Counted from the stretch's first letter, positions 1 to 9,293 are shown. The stretch: DNA of 34,862 nt from Pseudomonadota bacterium (GCA_043718025.1 JAYSWN010000075.1:1-34862), one strand, 5' to 3'. Notes: generated by a model from the sequence alone, not told the origin. Numbers and translations: made by a program.

Positions 1-834
1 TTTTTTCTGCTCTTCACCAAGGGTTAAAAGATCTCTAAACGGTACCTTACGCAATGCCGCTAAAGCATGTTCGTGAAGACGGCCCTCGCCGTAAATGGCG
101 AGGTTAAATAGTTCTGCGATGAGAGACTGATTCTCAGGCGGAACTAGGTCAAAAGACCGCCGGTACCATTCGCTTTCGCCTAGTCCACTTCCGGCCAGCG
201 GCCGAAAGACATTCGGAACTTCCAGAATATGTTTCGCCGCGTCTTTCACGTCGGGGTCGTGCCTTGAAATAAATCTTAGCCGTTCGAGATCACCAGGGGT
301 AAGCCCTTGTTCCAGTGCTCGTTGCAACGCAAGCAGTTTAACCGCTTTCGGGTCGGAGGGGCTAAACGGTTTCATCACGCTAGATTGCCCAAGCAGCTCA
401 TCCATTAGGGGATAGATCGTGGCCCAGTCGTAAACTTGAGAATCTGGCATGGTCGACAGAATTTGGGAGGCACGCTTTCGAACCGTGGGGTTCGGATCCC
501 AGTACGCCACGTCTTGCAAAAAAGACCGCCACTCAGGGGTGTTGCGGGCCACTTGCGCAAAAAGATTTTCTAATCTCTTTACGGCCGGGGCATCGATGGT
601 GAATCCCCGCGGGATTCCCGACCTATTTATCCGTGCGTAATTTAAATCTCGCCACTTATTCCAGCCAAGCGCGCCTAAACCCACCCCGATCTGCAAGGCC
701 GAAGACAGGAGCAAAAAACGGCAAAGACTCAATTTAGGACGGTTATCGCTCGGGGTTGGGCTTGTTTCGGCAACTATCGGGGTTGAAAGGAGAATAAGGA
801 CAAAGAAAAGACGCACGGCCGCTGTTACCATCAT
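1..834 (-). CDS. Exported HEAT-repeat-like helical protein (3' end runs off the window; not in the ORF track)
   Basis: Manual translation from ATG at 834 is open to position 1: MMVTAAVRLFFVLILLSTPIVA-ETSPTPSDNRPKLSLCRFLLL...; HEAT-like segments DPNPTVRKRASQIL and DPDVKDAAKHIL; AGGAG upstream. Confidence 0.7.
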   Translation of the reverse strand, partial: MMVTAAVRLFFVLILLSTPIVAETSPTPSDNRPKLSLCRFLLLSSALQIGVGLGALGWNKWRDLNYARINRSGIPRGFTIDAPAVKRLENLFAQVARNTPEWRSFLQDVAYWDPNPTVRKRASQILSTMPDSQVYDWATIYPLMDELLGQSSVMKPFSPSDPKAVKLLALQRALEQGLTPGDLERLRFISRHDPDVKDAAKHILEVPNVFRPLAGSGLGESEWYRRSFDLVPPENQSLIAELFNLAIYGEGRLHEHALAALRKVPFRDLLTLGEEQKK

Positions 835-893
835 GAGAAAATGGCTCCTAAGTAACCGTGGGATGCCTGTCTAACATCGTTGAATGAATTACG

Positions 894-1778
894 CTATTCT
901 CTTGGAAATAAGTCGACGGTACCGCGGTGCACGAATTGGTCGGGCCCTTTTTTTTCATAAAAATTGCCGACGAAGCTTCGGTTAGAGTCACGGAAAAATA
1001 ATTCAGCGTAATAGTACTCACTGATTTCAAGAATTAGCCAAGGGCTTCCGGGGCTGGATCGTCTTAACATCGATATTGAATTCTGCTCTTTTCTCCAGGC
1101 AATGCGTTTTGATCCGTTTAGAAGGATTACGGACGCCGTTCCTGAATAACGGTCGGCCCAAGGTTTTCCATTCAATTCAAAGTTTAGAGACCAAACCGCG
1201 CTGGGGTTGGTGAGTGACACGACCCCCAGGTACTTTCCGTTAAGACTCAAAAAGAGCGCATCATTTTTCTCGGGACGAAACGAATCATTTAAAGTTGAAC
1301 CAAAATCACCTTGACGGTGTTTCTTAAGAAACTCGTTAGCGCCGTCGCGCTCTAGCTCTGCGTTTTGTTGTAGCGCAGATGGGGGGCTGGCATGAACCGC
1401 CGGAGGAGGGGGTTTTGTCGGGGGGGCTTTTTCGGATTGGAGTATGGGTTGATCCTGCTGAGGCGTGGGCTCGGCCACTTCAGGTTCTCGCTCCTTTGGC
1501 GGAGTGTAGGGTGGTGGAGTTTCTGCTTTTTTAAACCGCTGCCCCAAATCGAGAAGAAATAGGGACATTATCTTTTCGAGTAACTCGTCGGCCTTTTTTA
1601 GCTTTTCGCTTTGCCCCTTTAGTTCACGGTACTCCTGAAGCTCGTGTTGCTCCAGATCAGCGAGTGATTGTTTAAGGTGCTGTAGCTCTTTTGAATCAGG
1701 TGAGGAGGCCTTCCCCATCCAATAGCCGCCGCCGAATACCACAATAACTAGGGCGGCGAACGCGGTTGAGCGGCTCAT
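894..1778 (-). CDS. Membrane-anchored hypothetical protein (N-terminal TM, coiled coil, Pro-rich linker, beta-rich C-terminal domain)
   Basis: 294 aa ORF; hydrophobic AFAALVIVVFGGG; heptad-like LQHLKQSLADLEQ; PPPYTPP and PPTKPPPP linker. Confidence 0.7.
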   Translation of the reverse strand: MSRSTAFAALVIVVFGGGYWMGKASSPDSKELQHLKQSLADLEQHELQEYRELKGQSEKLKKADELLEKIMSLFLLDLGQRFKKAETPPPYTPPKEREPEVAEPTPQQDQPILQSEKAPPTKPPPPAVHASPPSALQQNAELERDGANEFLKKHRQGDFGSTLNDSFRPEKNDALFLSLNGKYLGVVSLTNPSAVWSLNFELNGKPWADRYSGTASVILLNGSKRIAWRKEQNSISMLRRSSPGSPWLILEISEYYYAELFFRDSNRSFVGNFYEKKGPDQFVHRGTVDLFPRE

Positions 1779-1858
1779 ACCGCTTCTAGTATCTCGCTAA
1801 GGCTGAATACCGTGAGTAATTTATTTTAGTTGGTTAAGTTTTTTTAAGGCGAACGACG

Positions 1859-2146
1859 CTATTCGGTTTTCTTCTCTTCGCAAGTCTCTTGGCTGGCAAC
1901 CGTTCGCACCGGCTCGCCACTGGCGCAGAGCTTATATTTGTCGATTTTAGCCGCATCGCTATCGCCCGCTACCGAGCTCAAGCACCAGCCCAGATCGCAC
2001 TGATTTGCAGCTCCAGTATAGGACGTAAAACAGTCATCGGTGGTAACGATTGATGCGGCCAGTTTGGGAAGCGCGGCGGCATGAGCCACCGAAATTGAAC
2101 AAAAATAAAGAACGCCGGCGAGAACATACATACTGCGTGCGCGCAT
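1859..2146 (-). CDS. Small secreted Cys-rich protein
   Basis: Start moved to ATG at 2146 (AGGAG 7 nt upstream); signal peptide ending VAHA; five Cys in the mature part. Confidence 0.6.
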   Translation of the reverse strand: MRARSMYVLAGVLYFCSISVAHAAALPKLAASIVTTDDCFTSYTGAANQCDLGWCLSSVAGDSDAAKIDKYKLCASGEPVRTVASQETCEEKKTE

Positions 2147-2356
2147 CGAAGTACTCCTGATTGTGGGGAAATTTAATACTATGCTCCAATAGTGAAGGAA
2201 AATTGTGGGCTCGCGCACGCTTATTTGGCGCGTGCCAAGGGCGGAACTGACCAAGTTTTGTACACAAATTTACATTTTCGGTGAGCCTTTTTACCGAGAC
2301 TTACGCGTAAGGGGATGGGGGAAGCGTTGTGCTTTTGCCGTAACCAGGAGCTTGCG

Positions 2357-2929
2357 ATGAAACGGTTTTTATTTGGTCTGGGTTTGTTTTTAATATCCAA
2401 CGCGGGGCAGGCGGCCCTGCCCAACACGGCGTATTTTTATTATCCCGCCAGCGAAGGTTACTTTGTAAAAGACGTACAGACCGGGGTCTGGTCAGAGACC
2501 ATTCAAAACACCGAGGTTTTTTACTTTAAAGAAATAGGCAGCTCGGCCAACGCGGTTGACCTGTTTGATCCCACTCGTAATATGACGGTTAAGTTGGATA
2601 AAAACGGAGTGTTTTTAAAGGCCATGGGTGAAACCAAATTCACCTTTTACCGCTCGGGAAGCTGGGACAACCGCAGTCTTTTTTCTTACAACCTAGGGGC
2701 GGGACGGAGCGGCTATTATCAACTAATCGGTGGCAACATGTACCGCCACGTCACGAACGACAATGGGCAGAAATCCAGCAGCTACCTGCGAAACAATGGC
2801 CGGGATTACCAAACCGTAAACTTGCTCTATCCCAAAAATCAAACCAGTTACGCTATTCAGGGCAACGAAGTCTTTATCCAAACCAAACCTGGAAAATGGA
2901 GCAAGCTCTTTAGTGGCAATTGGCAGTAA
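2357..2929 (+). CDS. Secreted beta-rich protein with two internal repeats
   Basis: ATG at 2357 after AGGAG; MKRFLFGLGLFLISNAGQA signal; halves end in YRSGSWD and LFSGNWQ. Confidence 0.75.
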   Translation: MKRFLFGLGLFLISNAGQAALPNTAYFYYPASEGYFVKDVQTGVWSETIQNTEVFYFKEIGSSANAVDLFDPTRNMTVKLDKNGVFLKAMGETKFTFYRSGSWDNRSLFSYNLGAGRSGYYQLIGGNMYRHVTNDNGQKSSSYLRNNGRDYQTVNLLYPKNQTSYAIQGNEVFIQTKPGKWSKLFSGNWQ

Positions 2930-3004
2930 CGAGAAGGCATTTAAACCTATAATCTCAATTTGTGAGCATTTTCATTCGCCGGTTTTTTCGCTAGTCTCGC
3001 CGAC

Positions 3005-3553
3005 ATGCGCAATCGCGAGTACTACCGGCATCAGTTCGCCAAACAAATTATTTTAAGCAAGCACCAGCCCCCGGGTCCGTTTCCGCTGGTGATGATTCTT
3101 GACCAAATGAAGGCCACTTTTAACGTTGGCAAAATAATTCGCACGGCTAACGCTTTGGGAATTAGGGAAGTGCACTTGGTGGGGATGCCAATTTTTGACC
3201 TGCGTACTTGTCGTGGGGCACTTCAGCACACGCGCAGCCGATCGTTTGAGACTTTTAATGAGTCCTACGAAGTGCTTGCTGCTGAGGGGTATGAGTTTTT
3301 TGGCTTAGCGCCGCAGGGTGAAGAGACTTTAGGCGCTAAGCCCTTTCCGGAGAAGAGCGCCGTGATTGTGGGGCACGAAGAGTTTGGTTTAAGTTTTGAC
3401 CCGGCGGCTTACCCCAAAATAAAAAAGCTTCGCATTCCGCAGTTTGGTCAGGTGCAAAGTCTAAACGCCAGTATCGCCGCTTCAATGGCCTGCTTTGAGT
3501 ACGTCCGGCAACGCGATTTTACTCCGGCGGGCGGTGAGGGGAAAAGATCGTAA
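3005..3553 (+). CDS. TrmH/SpoU family RNA methyltransferase (SPOUT)
   Basis: Motifs LDQMKATFNVGKIIRTANALG, VIVGHEEFGL and IPQFGQVQSLNASIA. Confidence 0.92.
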   Translation: MRNREYYRHQFAKQIILSKHQPPGPFPLVMILDQMKATFNVGKIIRTANALGIREVHLVGMPIFDLRTCRGALQHTRSRSFETFNESYEVLAAEGYEFFGLAPQGEETLGAKPFPEKSAVIVGHEEFGLSFDPAAYPKIKKLRIPQFGQVQSLNASIAASMACFEYVRQRDFTPAGGEGKRS

Positions 3554-4321
3554 ACTATGGTGGTGGATACCGAACCGGGCCACGTTCGTATTGTAGGGAA
3601 CCACGTCGATAAAGCCCGCATCCAAAAGCTGACGCACCAGCGAGGGGTAGGTGAAAAGGCGCATCTCTAAAGTGGCGCCGTCGCCTTCGTGAAATACCGG
3701 TGCATCAAACCACTGGCTATGGCCTTGCTTGGTCTTATTGTGCAATCTCTTGTTTCCGTTGCTCTCCACAATTTCAAAGTTATTCAAATCTGGATAGTGC
3801 TCTTGGGTTTCGCCCGTTTCCAAGAAAGGAACGGTAAGCACAAACACCCCGCCCGGTTTTAAAGAACGAAAAACATTTTGAAAGGCGCAATTCACCGGGG
3901 GATTGATGTGTTCAAAAACATCTGAAGAGATCACAAAATCAAATTTTGATTCGAAGGCTTCGGGAAGTTGAGTGATGTCGAGGCGGGGTTCTTGGTGATA
4001 AAAGGTATTTTGGTAATCGAATTTTCGCTTCAATCGATTGGCGTAGCCGTGCCAATCACTCATTCCGTAGCCGCGCCGGAGGGGGCGGCTCGAAAACCAC
4101 GGCAATGGAATCGATTTTCGAAAGAGCGAAAGCGAAAGAGCGTGAACGAGCGATCGAAAACGAACATTGGATCCACAATGGCGGCACGTGGGATCTTCTC
4201 GCGTTAGCTGGCCGGTGGTGGCGGCGTTGGGAAAGCAACACACGTTGCAGAGGAAGGGCCTTTTTTTTAGCGCCCCCGTGGTTTTAGCCAGGGCTCGAGT
4301 GACTAGCGACGGGGTGTTCAT
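3482..4321 (-). CDS. Class I SAM-dependent methyltransferase with N-terminal Zn-ribbon
   Basis: CNVC...CRHC; LDITQ, FDFVISSDVFEHI, RSLKPGGVFVLTVP. Start at 4321 chosen; the ORF extends to 4390. Confidence 0.85.
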   Translation of the reverse strand: MNTPSLVTRALAKTTGALKKRPFLCNVCCFPNAATTGQLTREDPTCRHCGSNVRFRSLVHALSLSLFRKSIPLPWFSSRPLRRGYGMSDWHGYANRLKRKFDYQNTFYHQEPRLDITQLPEAFESKFDFVISSDVFEHINPPVNCAFQNVFRSLKPGGVFVLTVPFLETGETQEHYPDLNNFEIVESNGNKRLHNKTKQGHSQWFDAPVFHEGDGATLEMRLFTYPSLVRQLLDAGFIDVVPYNTNVARFGIHHHSLRSFPLTARRSKIALPDVLKAGH

Positions 4322-4427
4322 GGCGTAAACAAAGAATGGATAGCTGGCTTCGTCAAGTTTCGGGCCCTTGGTTTCGCCCCTTTTCAGCATATTGCGGCAA
4401 TTTTTGCCTCATGCTAAACGTCTCCCC

Positions 4428-5444
4428 GTGAAACCACTAAAACTGATTTTTTGCTCGCTTGCGGCACTCTTCGAAACGGGCTTGGCTGCCACCCCAGCGC
4501 CTTTACCGCAAGAGCCGGCGGGGCCGGTGACGCTGCCGCTGACCGAAATCACTCTCGACGTGGAGCCGTTAAAAGCCTTTGGTAAAGAGGGGTCCGTCGA
4601 TGCCGTACTTGCCGCTATCCAAAGAGCAGGTGAGCCTAAGGTTTTAATTTTGGACCGCTTTTCGAAGTCTTTGCCTAAAGAAAATACCGTCACCCTAACC
4701 AACGATCCCGCCGATCAGCCGGCGGCAGAACAGTACGCAGAGTTGTATGGGCCTAAGATCGAAGCCCAAGGGGCAACTGCGACTTTTATTGCGCCCTATG
4801 GTGCGGATTCGGCCTCGGCTATTTATCGTCCCCGCCCGGTGATGATTGTGGCTAGAAATGCGCCGCGGAAGACTTTGTTGCACGAGTACCTGCGTTACCT
4901 GATTTGGGCCGCCCGCCACCAGCGCAGTCCCCAGTATTTTGAACGCGACGGAAAAACCGATAGCGTCGATGCCTGGAGGCGCATCGATAACAACCGGCTG
5001 GCGAAAAAACTATCCATTGAAATCTCAACCTTTCCCCTCGCCCAAAGCCAAGCAGAGCGTGATGCGGTCTGGCTCCGCGTTTCAGAGCCGTTCGTCGATT
5101 TTCAAGCTAAGCAGTTAGACTCAATGGCGCAAAGTTTTGCCGAAGAGTTAGATGTCTCGCGATTTTTGATCGAGCGCGAAACCGAATTGGGGTTGAGTAA
5201 AAATGATCTGTTTCTCGAAAGAGTGAATTACCACCGTAACCTGCGCCTTTGGTCTCAAAACTATTCGGAGCTTGCCCAACACAATGCGGTTCAGTTTCTG
5301 CGTGAAGAAATTCCCACCGGTGAACAATCTCGAAAGCAATCCGAAGCTTTGCGCGACAAATTAGAAGACATTTTGTCGTCCAATCTTCTAAAGATTGCGC
5401 GTGCCACGCAATGGCACACGGCCCAGCGCAAAGCTTTGCGCTAA
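4428..5444 (+). CDS. Exported hypothetical protein with degenerate zincin-like motif (HEYLR)
   Basis: GTG at 4428 gives MKPLKLIFCSLAALFETGLA signal; KTLLHEYLRY and later FAEELDV. Confidence 0.65.
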   Translation: MKPLKLIFCSLAALFETGLAATPAPLPQEPAGPVTLPLTEITLDVEPLKAFGKEGSVDAVLAAIQRAGEPKVLILDRFSKSLPKENTVTLTNDPADQPAAEQYAELYGPKIEAQGATATFIAPYGADSASAIYRPRPVMIVARNAPRKTLLHEYLRYLIWAARHQRSPQYFERDGKTDSVDAWRRIDNNRLAKKLSIEISTFPLAQSQAERDAVWLRVSEPFVDFQAKQLDSMAQSFAEELDVSRFLIERETELGLSKNDLFLERVNYHRNLRLWSQNYSELAQHNAVQFLREEIPTGEQSRKQSEALRDKLEDILSSNLLKIARATQWHTAQRKALR

Positions 5445-5470
5445 GCGGTCTTTCGGTATCAACGCTACCC

Positions 5471-6373
5471 CTACGCAAACCGTTTTTTAAACTCATCGGT
5501 AGAGGTTTTTGCGCGCTTTCCGCCGTGCTCCATTTCAAAGAGTAAGAGTTGCTGGGCGGTGACTGACGGTGATCGTTTTTCAAATTCTGCATCGTAGAGT
5601 TTATCGCCCATTACTGGATAGCCCTGGTGGGCCATATGCACGCGGGCTTGATGCTCGACGTTGGTGGTCATGGTGATTTCAGCCAGAAAAAAGCCTTTTT
5701 GCTCTGGACGCTTGTATCTTTCTACCACCCGCACCACGGTTACCGCGTCTTTGGCGGGCGGGTTAAATTTCATTTCGGGGGTGGTGGGGACGGCCCATGC
5801 GTCAATGTCGCCCGGCAGCTTGCCAATTTGGGTTGAAATAAAAAAACGATGCGGCTTAGGTTCGCCCCAGCACCAGGCGAGGTAGCTAAAGGTGATCTTT
5901 TTTTGCTCGTACCGCTCCTGCCACAACTTAAAGCCGGCCACATTTTTTGCCACCAGCACAATGCCGGTGACGTCGGCATCGATGGAGTAGGGAGTGACGA
6001 CCGGTTGCGGATCGGTGAACTCATTTTTCAAGTTGGCAAACCTGGCCAGGGCCCACGAGGTGATAGTTTTTGAATCAAATAGCGACTTTGGCGCGCACAG
6101 CATGCCCACGGGTTTTTCGACCACTACCACGTCGTTATCTTGGTCTACGACCTTCAGGCGCACAATCGGGTCGCCCTTTGAAAGCGATTCAAGCTGCTCG
6201 GCTAGGCGCCTAAGCTGTACGTTAGTGGGCGGCAGGCGGTCGCCCTTTTTAAGCCGCTTGCCGTCAGCGCCGACCACCAGGCCGCTCTCAATGGCCTCTT
6301 CGACCTGACGGCGGCTTAAGCCGCTAAATTGGTTTTTAATCACGGCGTCGACGCGCTGGGTTTCGTCTTCCAT
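5471..6373 (-). CDS. RluA/RluD-family pseudouridine synthase-like protein with S4 domain (divergent active site)
   Basis: S4-like RVDAVI..LSRRQVEEAI; EKPVGM; SIDADVTG; HQARVHMAHQGYPVMGDKLY. Confidence 0.88.
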   Translation of the reverse strand: MEDETQRVDAVIKNQFSGLSRRQVEEAIESGLVVGADGKRLKKGDRLPPTNVQLRRLAEQLESLSKGDPIVRLKVVDQDNDVVVVEKPVGMLCAPKSLFDSKTITSWALARFANLKNEFTDPQPVVTPYSIDADVTGIVLVAKNVAGFKLWQERYEQKKITFSYLAWCWGEPKPHRFFISTQIGKLPGDIDAWAVPTTPEMKFNPPAKDAVTVVRVVERYKRPEQKGFFLAEITMTTNVEHQARVHMAHQGYPVMGDKLYDAEFEKRSPSVTAQQLLLFEMEHGGKRAKTSTDEFKKRFA

Positions 6374-6451
6374 GGCCGTAAATTAGCGAAGAAAAGGGCG
6401 GGCGTATACTGTGGCGCGCACTTTCCTTTTGGTGGCCATCTTAGGTACGGT

Positions 6452-7360
6452 TTAGCCCTCTCCGTACCGAGCGTTTTTTACCGCGAATTCGATCAATAGT
6501 TTTTCACAGAGTCGCAGCGTCTTATTGGTGCGGTAGGCTAGATCCACCCCGGCAAAGATCTGCTTCCCCGTCGCCATTACTTTTACTAAAGCTCCGTTTT
6601 CGAGGTCATCGACCGTCAAATAGTTGGGCAAAATGCCCACGCCAAAACCGGTTTGCAGTATCTGCCTCACCACCAAAAAATTGGGGGCCACAATGTCCGG
6701 CACGCGGTGAAGTAGGGCGGGTAAAAGCGAATCGCAGTTTTTTCGAAACCAAGTGGAAAAGCAGGCAAAGGTCGCGGTGATGTCGATCAGCTTGTCATCG
6801 AGCAGCTGCTTATAGTTGGTGATGCGGCGGTCTTTTAGGTAATGAGGGTTAGAATAAATTGAGTGAAATGTTTTGCCCATCGATTTGCGAATGAACATTT
6901 CGGGTTGAGAAAAAAACACGGTAAACGCCATATCTAGTTTGTTTTCTAGCATCATCGCCTCTAGTTCGCGGCTTGGGGCCTCAACTAGGTCAAAGGCAAT
7001 TTCTGGATGCGTCTTGCAAAAGCGGCCGAGGGTCTCGCCAATTTTAAATTCATTTCCATGGTCGTTCAGCACGCCGAGTTGAATGCGGCCTTCGGCTGCA
7101 TTTAATTTTTCTTGCACGCTGAATATTCCGTCGTCGAGTTCGCCCAGTTTTTGTTTAGCGAGTCGGTAAAGGACTTCGCCATCGCGGGAGAGAAAAATTC
7201 GGGCGTTGCGGCGCTCTAGCAACTTTAGACCAAGCTCCTCCTCGAGTAGCTGCAGCTGTTGGGTTACCGCCGATTGGGTGCGGCGAAGTTTGGTCGCGGC
7301 ACCGGTGACTGAACCCAATTCCGCCACATTAGTGAATACTTTCAATTTGTTATAAAGCAT
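6452..7360 (-). CDS. LysR family transcriptional regulator
   Basis: LKVFTNVAELGSVTGAATKLRRTQSAVTQQLQLLEEELGLKLLER HTH; 302 aa with substrate-binding domain. Confidence 0.96.
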   Translation of the reverse strand: MLYNKLKVFTNVAELGSVTGAATKLRRTQSAVTQQLQLLEEELGLKLLERRNARIFLSRDGEVLYRLAKQKLGELDDGIFSVQEKLNAAEGRIQLGVLNDHGNEFKIGETLGRFCKTHPEIAFDLVEAPSRELEAMMLENKLDMAFTVFFSQPEMFIRKSMGKTFHSIYSNPHYLKDRRITNYKQLLDDKLIDITATFACFSTWFRKNCDSLLPALLHRVPDIVAPNFLVVRQILQTGFGVGILPNYLTVDDLENGALVKVMATGKQIFAGVDLAYRTNKTLRLCEKLLIEFAVKNARYGEG

Positions 7361-7373
7361 AAGTTTATCTGAT
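7359..7373. promoter_or_regulatory. Putative LysR recognition box (T-N11-A)
   Basis: ATAAGTTTATCTGAT imperfect dyad overlapping the LysR start, in the AT-rich divergent intergenic region. Confidence 0.55.
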
Positions 7374-7469
7374 TTAAACTGGTATTTTTTCTAATTTTTC
7401 TTATAGCGCGATACACGGCACAAATCTTCCTGAAACAATTTTTGCTTTGAAAAAAAGCAGGGGGAACAG

Positions 7470-8366
7470 ATGAAAAATAGAACACGCGCACTTATTGGGA
7501 TTTCACTTTGGCTGGTTTCGGTAGGGCAAGCCGACGTCACTCACCAGGAAACCGCAAATTATCGCACCATCGCGGCGACCGTGGCCGAACAGGTGAACGC
7601 GCACGGCCGAGAAAACGTGCTCGTTGTCTTCGACATCGACAACACCTTGCTTTCGATGGACACCGACTTGGGGTCCGACGCCTGGTTTGAATGGCAAGCT
7701 GAGTTAATTAAAAAAGGGCAGCTTGAAAACGCCGTCGCCGACTCGATGGCGGGCTTAATTGAAGCGCAGGCCACGCTGTACTACCTCGGTAAAATGTCGG
7801 AAACCGAGCCGGCGGTGGATGAGGTGGTAAAAACTTTTCAAAACGCCGGAGTTTCCGTCATCGCGCTTACCGCACGGGGTCCGGTCACTCGCACGGCCAC
7901 GGTGCGCGAATTGCGACGAAACGGTATTGAATTCGCCCGACGCGGGCTGGGGCAAGAGCAAAAAGGTGGCTCACCATTTCTGCCGTACACCCGCACTTCG
8001 CTGAATGAAATTGGCATTTCAAATGCGGAAGTCAGCCAGTGGAAGTTAAAAGAGCCTCGCGAGGTCTCTTTTTCCGAAGGCGTCTTCATGGCCTCGGGAC
8101 AACACAAAGGGGCCATGCTCAGAATTTTACTCGCCCAGTCCGGCGCCAAGTTTAGTTCCATCGTTTTTGTTGATGATAAAGAGAAAAATACTTTGGATGT
8201 GGCGGCAGGCTTTGAAGCAACCTCAGTTGATGTCACCGCGATTCGTTACTCGCGCAAAGACCAGGAAGTTGAAAGCTTTCTCCACGGCCCCAAGAACTTA
8301 GTGGCCGCGCAGTGGAAACGACTCTCCGGCATTTTAAAAGACCTTTTTGGCGCGACGAATATTTGA
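7470..8366 (+). CDS. Secreted DUF2608-type HAD-superfamily hydrolase
   Basis: Signal peptide; VVFDIDNTL (motif I), ALTARG (II), HKG (III), FVDDK (IV). Confidence 0.85.
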   Translation: MKNRTRALIGISLWLVSVGQADVTHQETANYRTIAATVAEQVNAHGRENVLVVFDIDNTLLSMDTDLGSDAWFEWQAELIKKGQLENAVADSMAGLIEAQATLYYLGKMSETEPAVDEVVKTFQNAGVSVIALTARGPVTRTATVRELRRNGIEFARRGLGQEQKGGSPFLPYTRTSLNEIGISNAEVSQWKLKEPREVSFSEGVFMASGQHKGAMLRILLAQSGAKFSSIVFVDDKEKNTLDVAAGFEATSVDVTAIRYSRKDQEVESFLHGPKNLVAAQWKRLSGILKDLFGATNI

Positions 8367-8471
8367 ATTAACCCCAATTCGGGCGGCTGGTGTCATGGGA
8401 TAACAGCCGCTCAAGCCCATTTGACGCGGTGCATCTTTTGGAGTAAGTGGCAACTCAAAAGGTGGTACCCA

Positions 8472-9071
8472 ATGAGTAATGTGACAAATAGTTTTTTTGG
8501 TGACGAAGATTTTTCAACGGCAAACCGAGGCCCGCTCGGAGAGATTAGAAGTCAGGCCGGCTGGTTAATGGTTCTAGGCGTAGTACTTATGGTGATTGGT
8601 TTTGTGGCCATCAATCACTCGATCTCCAGTACGCTACTCACGATGGTTTTCGTGGGTTGGCTCGTGGTTTTCGCCGGGGTGGCGCAGTTTGTTCAGGCTT
8701 TTCGTTCGGGCAAAGTAGGTCTGTTTTTCTTGCACCTACTAGTGGCCATTCTGTACGTGGTGACCGGCTTCCTTTTGATTGCAAATCCCGGGGCTGGCGC
8801 CCTCACGCTTACGCTATTAATGGCAGGCATCTTTTTGGTGAGCGGAATTTTTAAGGTCTGCGCCGCCATCGCCTTACGTGGTTCAGGGTCAGGTTGGCTG
8901 GCCTTCAACGGCGTGGTCACCTTTATTCTTGGTTTGATCGTACAAAACCAGTGGCCGGTTTCTGGTCTTTGGATCATCGGAACCTTTTTAGGAATCGACT
9001 TCGTAATGAGCGGAGTGCATCTGCTGGTATTGGGAGGCGGCGCTCGCAAATTGATTCCAAAGACTGCGTAA
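8472..9071 (+). CDS. HdeD/DUF308 family membrane protein
   Basis: Six hydrophobic segments; WLMVLGVVLMVIG, GWLAFNGVVTFILG, WPVSGLWIIGTFLGID. ATG at 8472 after AGGTGG. Confidence 0.9.
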   Translation: MSNVTNSFFGDEDFSTANRGPLGEIRSQAGWLMVLGVVLMVIGFVAINHSISSTLLTMVFVGWLVVFAGVAQFVQAFRSGKVGLFFLHLLVAILYVVTGFLLIANPGAGALTLTLLMAGIFLVSGIFKVCAAIALRGSGSGWLAFNGVVTFILGLIVQNQWPVSGLWIIGTFLGIDFVMSGVHLLVLGGGARKLIPKTA

Positions 9072-9095
9072 GAACTTAAAGAGTTTAATCCGACC

Positions 9096-9139
9096 GCGAC
9101 AAAGTTAAGTGGAGTCTTAGCTCCACTTAACTTTGTCGC
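9096..9139. repeat. Perfect 19-bp inverted repeat (REP-like palindrome or terminator)
   Basis: GCGACAAAGTTAAGTGGAG-tcttag-CTCCACTTAACTTTGTCGC. Confidence 0.85.
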
Positions 9140-9293
9140 CCGGTTATTTAGACGAGCTGACGCCTTATCAACAGAGCGTAGTTCATGACGCGTCGCCCGC
9201 ACCTTCCGGCTTCACACAATCATTCCAGACTTGAAAACGTTATCCCCGCAAAATAAGTAAAAAAGTACAAAACTTTAATACTTGGGGGACGTT

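Noticed and set aside
3005..6373. RNA-modification operon (TrmH, MTase, RluA)
   Set aside because: The genes alternate strands and are interrupted by an exported protein gene; there is no sign of co-transcription.
8381..8412. GGGCGGCTG...CAGCCGCTC hairpin after the DUF2608 gene
   Set aside because: Imperfect stem, large loop and no U-tract; too weak to call a terminator.
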